Shown in pieces: positions 38,255-50,380 of a stretch of DNA of 64,000 nt (position 1 is its first letter; each line of letters opens with the position of its first letter). Under the pieces are notes generated by a model. That model saw only the letters and a program-made list of their open reading frames with translations. It ran no database searches and was not told the origin of the DNA. The stretch lies in assembly GCA_050084985.1 (NCBI GenBank), contig JBITNC010000002.1:22692001-22756000 (forward strand), given 5' to 3'. The position numbers and the translations under genes were made by a program. The stretch is from Nageia nagi (Eukaryota > Plantae > Pinophyta).

Positions 38255-41200
38255 TCAAGAGTCTGCAATATTACAATGTTTGATAAACTCATCTGAAAAA
38301 TCTACATATTTTGTCCACAAAGGTTTTAGCTCAGGAAATGCAATGTCCAACCATGGCTTTGACCTCCCATTATAATGAATAACAGCAGCTCTTTGGACAT
38401 TTTCGAGATTGGTTTTGGGCTGGTAGCCCAATCCTAACATATGCCAGGAATGATTGATGGGATGAACAAGGCCATCAAAAGCAATTAATGCTGGTGGCAG
38501 AGTCCCCATACGCCATAGCCTTAGATTGGAATCTAGGTTCTGCAAAAATGAGAGAAATATTTTAAGCAATTCATGATGACTGACAGTACTTTGCAAAGAG
38601 TGAAGATTATGACACAGTACACATTATGTTTTCAACAAGCCATTATGGTGGAAAGTTCAATCATATACAATGTGAAAGAAATAACACACTTTCGGCTGTT
38701 TAGACATAGAACCTGTGAATGATGTAATTAAATTACAAATTAGAATCACATGCATCCAAAAAAAAAAATCTGAAATGTCGCTTACTTGCTTAAGCCAGAA
38801 ATGGTAAGTCTCCCTAATATTGGTCCTTCTCCAAGCTTTTAGATCAAAGATGTTCATGCCATAGGCCCATGCACATTGCTCTGGATTAAAGCTATCTGCT
38901 ATGAGAGGATGCGAGAAATTGAAATAGCTCTTGAACCTCTTTGACATAACCCAAGAATCATCTCCCCAACATGTTTCCACTGCTCCATTTACCTTTCCAT
39001 GAAGGTCAATATCCCACAAGGGAGACAGGTCATGCTGTATGACGACATCATCATCCAGAAAAACAACCTTCTCAAGATCTGGGAAAAGCTGTCCACAAAA
39101 ATTCAAATGCTGTTTGATTCTCTCATAAATCATGAGAAATATATTTCTGTTGATACAAATGAAATGGAAAAGCATATACTAAGATTCAAATGTACATGTT
39201 ATATATAGATCCACACCCTTTGTGACAAATGAGATTCATCTCACTTTGACTAATCTAAAGGGGTATATAAAATTACCTTATCCAACTACTGCCAAATTTA
39301 TTTCATTTGTCAACAGATGTATTATAGTAATCAGCTGCAACATCCAGATCAAATCAGCTCTAACATGTTTCATGGTGACAGTGAGGACAATGGTTATGGT
39401 TATAGTGTTGGCATTTTTATTAGTTCTTTAAAGAAATGCCTTTCCTGCTCCACAAGCTACAGGGGTTACGATCTATTCAATATTTCCCCTTTGTTAAAAA
39501 AAATTCAAAAAGAAATGGAAAATGTTTGCTCTGAGTATGTACTAAATTCATGCAGTTTGTTAGAAAGCTGTAACTTGTAAGACTAGTAGCAGGATATGAC
39601 CAATAAGAATCGTTACAGAAGAAAAAAAGGAGGGAATAACGACTTGCACCTTCATCAAGCAAAAAAGATTAAACTAAGCAATGCTGCTTAGCAAAAGTAT
39701 CTTAGAGATTGTTTACCTCTGGAAGATATATTCTAACGTGATTCATTATTGAGAAGTACTTTGGACTTTGTGCCTGAAGTTTAGCAGCCAAAAAAGTAGG
39801 GTTTGTTTCGTTTGTATTGTCATTATCATATTGTTTTCTAATCTCATGGTCCTTCTTCATAGCATCCAGCACAGGGACTTTATCTTTCATCATCCAGTTA
39901 AATTGATGCAGACCTTTCACTTCAATAATTGCTGGAGGAAGAGGATGCAAAGAAAACCATGCGTGCATTGGTGCATATGTCTTCTTATCTGTGATGACAT
40001 GAAAAACTATCTTTTCTGGCTTGGCAGAGTTCCTCACGGCTGAAGAGACTACCACAGATGCTGCAAGAACATTGTCAGTTGCCAGAACAAAATGTTGATA
40101 CGAGTTGTCAATAAGCCGGGGAACTAATTCAGGTGCGGGTATCTGCTTCCGAGCATTTGCATTATAGGAAAACTCATCTGCCAGCCTTAGAGAAAAGCAA
40201 TGCAGGCCTTTGGGTATGCTGCTTGATGCAATATGTCTATACAAGTACTCCTGCAGCCTTGCATGCCTTCTTCTCTGCTCCAATTGCTCCACCTGAAAAG
40301 AGATTTAAAGAATTGTTATCTCAATGAAATTCACAGCATTGAGTTATTTTTCCTCAGTTCTATTACAAAATCCACTGTAGATCTGGAGAACATGCTCTTT
40401 CTGATACTATAAGAGTGTGTACATCCAAGCTTACCCTATTCTTACTTGAAAATTACTTGCTTTAATTTCTCATTGTTCTTTGTATGTTAGACCTTTCCCT
40501 TTCATTCAAATAACCATAAAGCAAAGTGGCATGTATCTGATACAACTAGCTCCATTTGAATGATACTCTTAACTCTTAGCTGTTAAGAATTGCACTGCGT
40601 GTGTGATAAATATATAAAAATATGATAAAAACACTTTTTTCTAAGTTATGCAATAATTTGTAAGCGATCATAATAGAAAGCAATGTTTTTTCACAAATGA
40701 GTAAAGATTATTTTAAAAAATCACAAGGAAACAACTAGAGTAGTCACTGTAGCGATTTCAAAGTGGGTGGAATGTGCTTTAGTATTAATGAACCTCAATA
40801 GCACCATACTAGTAAGTGTGCTGAACAAGTGTCCAACCCCTAGTAGCCCTAGTAGACTTGTTCTCTACATTGACCAGATTTATGTGTACAACTCAAAAGA
40901 AGAGCTTTTAAAACATCTATCCATTTGAATTTAGAGTTTTTAACTTGGTAATCAGAAATCGTTGTCCACCAACACTCGTGAACAGAAAAACATTCCAAGT
41001 TTAAAAATGGGTAACAAACAGCAAGGAATTCCTAATACATGGTTACGGTTTGCATAATCATTGATTTACATGGTGCTATGGAGCCCAAAAGCCGCTCTCC
41101 TGCTTCTCCAATGTATTTGTCAAGCACTGCATATACCTCCAGATTACTGTAATCAATAAATAAGTAGGGTTTTAAATTCTTTTGTAAAGAAGTGAAACCG

Positions 41201-44200
41201 TAACCATATCCTTCCAAGAATTTAGTGTAGTTGCTCTGTAACAGGAACAAATAATCAATGGAATTTATTATTAAAGGATCTTGTCTGCGTTCATATTAAC
41301 CATCACATAATATACAACTAAGTGGACAAGGAAGGCTTTCTGAACTTACAGAAATTTAGTCTTAAATAGGTTCTGTAAGAGCTTCTGCATAAACCATGTC
41401 CTGGTTTATTGATTCAACATTTCAAGTCTCAAATCCATTGGTCTAGGCATCAACATCATATAGTAGCATAAAGCATCAGAATCACTTACAGGAACTAATA
41501 ACCACCATGGAAGCCTAGAGGATCAGAATCGCTTACAGGAACGGTTAACCACCATAGAAGCCTAAAGCATCAGAGTAGATTTACTTACAGGACTTAATCT
41601 TGAACGGTGCTGTTTAAACTTCAACTTTGACATGTAAACTTTATTTCCGAGGGGCCTTTTCTTTCTATAAAAAGACCAAAGTAAATTGGACTTTCAATTC
41701 TCAATTGGAAGAATGGGATAGAAGAGAAGAGCTCTTATGGAAGCAAAAATCTTGTATACATTGGCTTCAAGAAGGTGACAGGAATACAATTTTTTTCATA
41801 AACCTCTCCTAGCTCATTGCTCACAAAACTGCATTTCTTTGCTCAAGTCTCAGAATGGAAACCAAATCTATACTAGAGATGGGATAAAAGATATAGTCTT
41901 AGATTATTTTACCTAGATCTTTCAGGCAAGTTATTTGGATATGGGCACTCAGCAGGAAATCCTACAGAATATCTCGACTCTAAAAGACAACTCAGGGGGC
42001 AGCCCTTATTGCTCCTATTACTGCTCAAGAGCAAAAACAGGTAGTTTTAAGATGAAAAAAGGGAAGACCTCTTGTCCGGATGGTTTTCCCATTGAATTCT
42101 ACCAAGAATTTTGGAATATCCTTCACGAAGAGTTAGTAGAAATTGTGGAGGAGGTCAGCAATGCCAGAGTAATCCTTAAAGAGATTAATAAAACTTACAT
42201 TGCCCTGATCCCCAAAACCCTGGAGGCCGATCTTATTTTATGTTTCAGACTGATAGCTCTATGCAATGTCCTTTATAAAATCATCACCAAGTCAATGGCA
42301 GACAAGCTCAAACCTCTTCTCGATAAAATTATTTCTCCTGAACAAGGAGTTTTTGTTGAAGGTAGGCAAATTCTAGATGAAACTGTTTTGCTCAAGAGGT
42401 GATCCACTCTATGCAATTGCATATGATTCCCTCTATATTCATCAAATTGTACCTGTTTAAAACTTATGATAGGGTGGATTGGCATTTTCTCCTCAAGGTG
42501 CTGACCAAACTTGGTTTTTCTCGAGATTGGGTTGACTGGATTAAAGGATGCATATCCTCAGTGTCATACTCTGTTATGAAACATGGCTGTCCCTCACGTC
42601 TGTTTACAGCTTCTAGAGGGATAAGGCAGGGTGATCCTTTGTCCCCTTATCTGTTCATCATCCTGGTTGAATGGTCGGGTAGAACCCTCTCCAAGAACAG
42701 AGAGACTACAGCTTTGACAGGTATTACTATAGCTAATGGAGAGAAGGCAATTACTCGCCTCCAATTTGTTGATGACTCTACCTTATTAGGGAGAGCTACA
42801 GTGAAAAAGGCTTCTTGATTCAACTCTATTCTGGATCTTTTCACAAAAGCTACAGGATAGTTAATCAATGAGGATACACCAAAGATCATTTTTTCCACTA
42901 TTTACCCAAGCAAGAGACTATGATTTTGTACAGATTGAGATTTGAAAGGCTACCCCTATTCTCTATCTGGGAATCCCAATTAAAGTGGGGAGGCAAAAGG
43001 AGTGGGCATCGCTGAAAGATAGAGTGAAGGCAAAGTTAGGAAAATAGACCAATAGATGGCTCTCATTTGGTGGTAGACTTACTTTGGTTAATTCCATTCT
43101 TCAATCCATTCCTATTTATGCTTCCTCCATCTTAGTTATTCCTGCAGCTGTCTTGAAGGAGTTAGTTCAGATTAGCCACAAATTCCTGTGGAGAGAAGCA
43201 AAGGAAACCAGAAGGTGATCCCTTTTTAGTTGGAGGAAAATGTACTTCCATACTTATGAGGGTGGTTTGGGCCTCAGATCAGCTGTGAAAAACAATAAAG
43301 CCTTAGCAACAAAGCTCTATTGGAGACTGCTATGTAAAGCAAATGAGCTTTGGTCTCAAAGCTTGCAGAAAAAAAGAATCCAAAGGATCTTATTTTACAT
43401 ACCTTGCCTAGTAGAGGATCTTCTATTTTAGTAGTTCTTTGGATACGAGAAGAAATGATTAAGTTGTTCTTGATTGTTCCTAATGGAAAAAAAGCTAATT
43501 TCTAGACCAATTCCTGGGATGGTCACCCTCCTTTGATAACCCAGTTTCTTGATTGGAAATCAGTGATGGAAGACCTGCACAAGATCAACTTTGCAAACCG
43601 CTTAGCAGAAGTTAGGAAGTTGATAGGCAATGGATTCCAATTAAGGAGTGGCCAGTCCAAATTTTTGAGGATCACCTAACACAAATCCAAAAAACTCTTA
43701 GCATGAGATCCCTTTCTTGCTCTCAGGAAGAGGCTTTTCGAGGATGGGGTAAGATTACTCAAGAGGAATATACAGTATCTTTGGGGTACTCAATCCACAC
43801 CCAAACTCATATTAGCCTTTTTAAGGATATCTTCCAACACCTTGGAACTCAGAAGTTATGGCCCAAGGTTAGGTTCTTCATTTGGCTTCTTCTTCTCAAT
43901 AGAGTTCTTACAGGGGAGCAACTTATGAAGAGAGGCTTTCATGGTCCTTTTAGATGTGAAATGTGTTGGGAAAGTGAAGAAAATCTCCCTCACCTTTTCT
44001 TAGATTGTCCCATTGTCTTAAACCAAACTCTTTAGATTAGATCTGTAGAGATTGGGATACTCAAGAGGGCATAGATCAACATGTTAGACAAATTGTTTGG
44101 TTGAGGACTACTCTACTCATCTGGAATGTTTGGAAGGAATGGAACAACAGGATCTTTAGTCATGATTACAAAGACACCTGTTATGCTTGGTATAGGACTA

Positions 44201-47200
44201 TAGCAGACATAGGGGAGTTTGTCCAACATACACTTCAGTTACCCTTATGCCCCAATGATGCATGGAAACAAATCTTGACTGGACTGAAAATTGACTCCAC
44301 AATGACCAATCACCAAACAAGTAATTCTCCCACTTCTAAGATTAATAGGACACGCAAGTGGAAACCTCCCCTGAAGGGGTTGGCAAGATCAACACTGACA
44401 AGGCTTTGTGGGGAACCCAAGAAAAGCGAGTGCAGGAGGGATTGGCCTTTGGTGTGATGGTTCTCCAATGTTTATCTTTGCAGAAAACTTTGGTACTCTC
44501 CCTAAGAATCTAGCAGAAGGTCATGCCACTTTCAAGGGGCTTCAAGAGGCCCTTAAACTAGTCAGAAATTCTGATTAACCAATCGAAAAAGTCAGACAAT
44601 AAGAGTACCAAGGATTGGAGGCTGGATATAGTGGTCAATAAAATTAATCGGATTCAACGGAGATATGAAACATTAGAGTTTGATCTTATTCCCAGAGAAC
44701 AAAATAAAGTGGCTGCAGTAGAACAAGGAATCTCTTCTTTCCATTCCCTCTCTTGATCATATCAATGTCTTTTCTTCCTAGTCCTAAAAGATCGTATTTT
44801 TTGGATATTTTTGTTTATAGCTTATGTTTGCAGTTTTGTTGTTAAGACGAATATTTTTCTCAGTTGTAAATTTTTGGCTGAAAACGCTCTTAGCCTGGAA
44901 AGGCCCCAAGATGTATTGTTTTTCTCAAATAATTGATTAGAATCCCCTTTTTTACCAAAAAAGGGTCCTTTCTAAGGCCCAAAAAACTTGAGTCTTGACA
45001 TTTATACCTAAAATTTTCAGCATCCTAACATTCCAATCGTGATAATAAGAAGAAAACCCTTCTGGGATTACAATTGTCAGTCTTGTAACTAATTATGGAA
45101 GTTTAGATCCTTTACCATTCAATATCTAATATCTAGATCCCAGTTTTGTAAGATGAAAAGTCCCAAAGTTTAAAGTAGGAATGAAAATACTCTCCTTTTC
45201 AAGTGCAACCATTCAAGGCATAAGTGAAGTTCAGAAGCAAAACTATAGAACACAAAGATGAATAGAGTGTATTGGAAAATATAACAGTATAGAAAGCATG
45301 AAACTTGACTACCTTATGAACCATAAGAAAATTAATCTTAGAAATAGCCATATGAGTTGCCCAACAAATGAGTAGATCTTTGGTCCAAATGGGAACAACT
45401 TTAATTGCCAATTTTGTTAAATGTACTTTCCAAAGAAAAGAAAAACATGAAAAATGTTCCTGAAGTTGTATTATACAACATTGTAATGACAAGAAATCAT
45501 GAAGAAGAATGAAAAATATCCTAAAAACTCATGGTTTAACTATTAATCCTAAAAGTAGTTTTGGTTATGTAAGTAGCTCAATGAGGTAAATCAAGAATCT
45601 TCTTACAAAGAATCATTGTGTATTCATTGCATTTCAAGTCATTTCTGGTTATTTGGCATGATCCTTGATAATCAATAAACAGATTGCAACATACATGGAC
45701 TAGAAAACTAATGCACTGCATATCTTCTTCAACTTCCAATTGGCATCTTCACCATGGTCTTTACTTATAAGGCAATTTAAAATGATCACAATTTTAGGTT
45801 ATCACTAAATGCCCAATATGATGCCCAGAGATTCAGGTTGGACATCATCAACAGGAGAAGAATGAAACAGATGTTCACATGATGGATTTCTCTGTCATGA
45901 AAACTACAATTTCTGAAGCATGTCAAATGTGACTTCAAAATATCTTGATGTCGTTGGTATGAAGACCAAATCACTTACCTAAATTCCTCCATAGCGCTAA
46001 AGGAATTATTTCCAAATAATTTCTCAAAATTGTAGTAAACATCAGCAGCCTTTACTTCTATTCAACTGATCCCATCACCCCTCTTTGATATTCTCTTATT
46101 CTTGTATTCCCTTTTGCTGGGACATAGCTCTTTGCAGTAAATTCATTAACCTATTTAAAATAAGACATTAAACTCACTATTCCATCTCAATGAAAGATCA
46201 TGGCACAACGCATCAAATTGCTCAATTGCATCACAAGAATCATTGTCCAGAAAATCTTACAACTACAAAACTCCATAGTGTCTAGAACGGACAACTTTAT
46301 TGCTACTCAATCATATTTGTAGCAAATGATGATATATCCCATAAATGTTTTTCAATCTTCTTAAACATATGGAATATGTTGTTATTTTTTCATGTAGTTT
46401 CAGTTGTTTCCAAATTTAACATTTTAAGTTTCAAGCAACTTCTTGGATGCAATTTTTTTTAGCTTTATCTTCCAAATAATCCATACCAGCTAGATATATG
46501 ATAGACTACAAAATGAATCTGAAGAAGACTTCAATATGTTGATTTCCAGTTTAATTATGAGGTCAACAAAAAATATGCTTTGTATAGAACATAGAAATCT
46601 TTAATAAGAAGCATAAGGTAAGGCATGAATTGAAAGTGCAATCAAAACATTAAATTTTTAATGTAGCTGCTCAACACATAGTCATGACATAACTTGAATA
46701 CCCATTACATATAATTAGAAGATGTTAACTTCTTTCTCAATAATGACATCTCTAAAAAATGATGAAAAGATTTACAAGAATTCGAGTTATATTTCTAATG
46801 AGTAACTTCCATATTGAAGTGGGAAGAATGGTGTTCTCTACAAATTTACTAATTTTGAAAATGTCAAAGTGCTAGTTGTCCTTTAAATAGCACATAATTT
46901 CAAAGACTATTGCCATGGCTTTGAATAACAACATTTAAAAAATTTAAGATTTAATATCCTCTAGTTAATAATAATCTTCATAAAACAGATTGATTAACTT
47001 TCCTTGGCACAACATATTACTCATTGCTATAGAATTTTTTAACTGTTTTCCTTGTAACAGAAAATAGTCAATTACCATTTTTCTTCTAGCTTCTAGTACA
47101 CATCCTCTCAATAGCATATATAATGGTAGCCTAGGATTCCTGGATATACACTTGGATGAAAAATAAGCTACTGCACTAAATCTTCGAAGAATGAGTATAC

Positions 47201-50124
47201 ATATGATAGCATCACATGTTCAAACTGGAGCAACATCAACATGGAGTATTAATGTCGTTGCTTGTATTGAGAAATATGCTAGCATTATAAAGAAACTGTC
47301 TCCAATGTTTTTTAAGTCCAATTATTTTTTATTCATAGATATTATCTTAAATACAAAAGGATTTACAGTGCAGCCCTTGATTGTTCCTTTTCACGGAACA
47401 CAAAGAAGTTTCTCATCTACTTTTGATTTTGGATAGGTTATGTGGAAGCTGTCATGAATTCCATTTCAATTTTTTATGGCCAAATTTCAAATGTTTTGGG
47501 TAGTTTCAAACTCTTCCAAGATTACTCCAGACCAGCTCCGGGTTGTTTACTGCTTGTATTACAATCTAGCAGGTTGTGCTACCCATGCTATGCACTTTCC
47601 CCTAAAACATTTAAGTTTCTTTGAAAGCATCTCATAATAAAACCCCCAACTCATGTGGCTAAGTCTCCAACAGTTTCAGAACTTCAAAAGCTGAGTCTTC
47701 ATTGTCAGTTTCTAGGACACAGCTGAACTTGCTTGCTACACACGAATGAGCATTTAACCTCAATTGTATGGCGGCAATTCTACTGAAAGTAGAGATCAAT
47801 TCTATTCAAAAAACTTCAAAATAGAGATAAATTCTATTTATAAAAACTATGTTTATGCACTGTTATGGCTTTCCGAGCACATGACCGAGCCACTAGACCC
47901 TGGAAGTGGTTGATCGAGGGCCCATCGTAGTGAGAGAAGGGGCTAGGGAGAAAAGCACCCCCCCTGGGGTACGCTTGACTTGTCCCCGGGGTGGCCTTCC
48001 ACTCTCATAATCAGAGTTGCAGACAACCCTAACTTAAAAGACAACAACATATTATATGATTCCTTATCCTCTTAATTGTTAACAAATCTGAAGCCAAGGT
48101 AACAGGATCAAACAAGAAAATGCTCATACCATGGCCTTAATCTTGAAACCAAATGTCCTGGCATCATACTGATTAGCCTTGATATCAGCTACAAAACTCT
48201 CAAAAGAGTCTGGAACTGTTAATCCTTCAGGAAACTCTTCATTCTCTGCTTCCAAGACTGCATATATTTCCTTTGCCAGTCTCTGCACAATTAGTTTCCT
48301 TTTCAGTTGTCACTGTGAATAAGTTGGCTACAGTGAAATCTAAAGCATGCAACTCAGAAAGTTTATACACAGAATGAAAATTATCAAAATCGCTCCATAC
48401 AAACAGAAGCTTCAGGGTTATACTATTGAACCATGTTCATAAAAATAGAAACCACATATGCAATTTAAGTGTAGAGCTTAATCCATAAAATGAAATCTAG
48501 TTTTCATCCAAACTAACACTGTACACATAGAAACGAAAAAAATCCACATAATTAAAACTACAATGATCAATCCATTATGAACCCAATTTCAGCTCCCCCA
48601 ATGAGTAGAAAAGCCAAAAGTCAGAGCTCAGTACAATAAACACCCAATTTCAAATTCACTATGTAAACATCAAATAAATCTCAACTTTCTATACAAGATA
48701 GCACCCAATTACAGTTCTGCTTATGCAATAATTAGTGAAGCTAAATTTTTTTACATGGAAATAGAAACCTAAGGTTTCTCCCTCTTAAAGACTTGCTAGT
48801 GGTTGATTATATTTATTATTGAGAATCTAAATATAGTGGTCACTGATGGACCAAAGTTCCTTTTGAAGCTAGAACATCTTCTAAGGAGTTATTGTTGTAG
48901 GAAAAGCTTGAATATTTAAAGCATCAAAAGTTTTAAATAAGTTCCAAATCTATTCCTATAAGCCATGCTGGACATACCCCATAAGTTGCAGCAGTGACAT
49001 TAATACAAGTCAAAACCCAACGAGCTTAGGTGCAAGTTGCTTGGGAATTAGTTCAACGTAATACAAACCTTTGGACATGGCTTCCAAGCCCAACAATGAT
49101 CCACGATATGATGGTGCATTACCTTGAATTAACAAAGAGGATTACAATACAAAATAAACTACAGAGATTGTCCAAAGCCGCCGACTTCAAAGGCTTAAGA
49201 CAAGTTGGCAAGAACTTGAGATCTAAGGGTCAGAAATCCATGGCGGTTAAAAAATAACCCCTTAATATATATGGTATAGTGAACAGCTCGCGCAAGGGAT
49301 CCCATTTAACATTAGAAGGTGCCTACATAAATGTCGGACCTAAAACTGACCTTAAAGAGTAATCCATCCAAATAAAAACTAAAAATCATTCAGTAAAAAC
49401 TACAAAGCCCAAAACATTAGATGTCAGTTTTCTTTTCATAATGCAAGAACGTTGCAATGTCAAACTACTCACATAGAAATTTAAACCACTAGTATCAACT
49501 AAAACAACTGAAAATGGCCTAGTAGAAAGCCTCCAAGCTCAACTGAAATGAAACCTCCAAGCACAAAGAGCTTAATTCACTAAACTATGCATTCATGTTT
49601 ACATTTTGAATTCAAAGCGAAGCATGCATATAACTAAAACCACAAAGCTTGATCCAACACAAACTCTAAAACTACTCCAACAGCATGTCCAATATAATAA
49701 ACAATACCAATTTTTTTTTCTAGAAATAACAATATCAGCACCATGAACTTACAGGAGGTGTATTAGTCCTTCCCAAAAGGCTAGGTCCCAATCTCCTTCC
49801 AACGCAGACTGCACAACCACATTCTCCTTAAATCAAATCCCACCACATCGCATGCTTGATTAATCACAAATCCATCAAAGGGAATGAGCAAACATGCATA
49901 GAACCCTACTCACCAAGAGATGAGCAATTATTCTCTCCCTCCAAACTAGCAAGGGCAGTCAGTATGAACACAAACCTTAGTAAAAAAGCCAAAATCAGTA
50001 TCGAATACAATATACTCCTATACGAAAAACGCCTCGCTGCACCCTTCACTTTCATGAAATCTCTAAACCCATTGCTGGAAGAAATACTGATATGCCTCAA
50101 ACTAGGAGATATGTGTAGCTGCAT
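38255..50124 (-). CDS. GAUT: Galacturonosyltransferase (GT8), GAUT12/13/14 clade, 6 coding exons, ~527 aa
   Basis: Exons 50124-49914, 49808-49753, 48282-48130, 40292-39717, 39088-38786, 38539-38255; all introns GT-AG with consistent phases; 1584 nt. N-terminus MQLHISPSLRH..RRFSY..FLLRFVF (GAUT12-like), SSSIPKGLHC, DNVLAASVVV, KVVFLDDDVV (DxD), GTLPPALIAF, IHYNGRSKPW. Confidence 0.95.
41471..41595. repeat. ~47-bp tandem repeat (2.5 copies) in GAUT intron 3
   Basis: aaagcatcagaatcacttacaggaac...taaccaccat.gaagcct repeated. Confidence 0.8.
41663..44962 (+). mobile_element. 5'-truncated LINE (L1 clade: RT, zf-RVT, RNase H), antisense within GAUT intron 3
   Basis: EELLWKQKS..WLQEGDRNT, PDGFPIEFYQ, FRLIALCNVLYKII, GIRQGDPLSPYLF, LQFVDDS, GGLGLR, CEMCWESEENLPHLFLDC, KWKPP. 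The 3' end is ttaccaaaaaa, with an imperfect TSD aggggccttttct (41650) / agggtcctttct (44962). Confidence 0.9.
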
Positions 50125-50360
50125 TGTATAAATCTCTCTTAATGCAGCACCAAATTCTCATATAACGAATAACATAAATGCACATATGACATACGACAGG
50201 CTATTCCCAATAATCATTCAATACTCTTATTAAATGCAGTTATGTTCAAGTAGATATAAATTAAATGCACCAGAGGCCATGGATTCCTCTTCTCTTGCAT
50301 CCACCTGTCCTGGTTCTAGTAATACCAAGAACACTAAAGTTGAAGAAGGTTGAATATTTT

Positions 50361-50380
50361 TGTTGTTGTTGTTGTTGTTG
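50361..50380. repeat. (GTT)n microsatellite in the GAUT 5' region
   Basis: tgttgttgttgttgttgttg, ~240 bp upstream of the ATG. Confidence 0.85.

Noticed and set aside
41663-44962. Intronic LINE as the autonomous partner of elements A, B and C
   Set aside because: Its 3' UTR shares only the terminal ttacc-poly(A) and lacks the ggaccctat..aaaaccc hairpin.
45980-46120. Cryptic GAUT exon ending at a strong donor (ag|gtaagt)
   Set aside because: Contains stops and looks like an old LINE ORF2 scrap; the GAUT CDS is complete without it.
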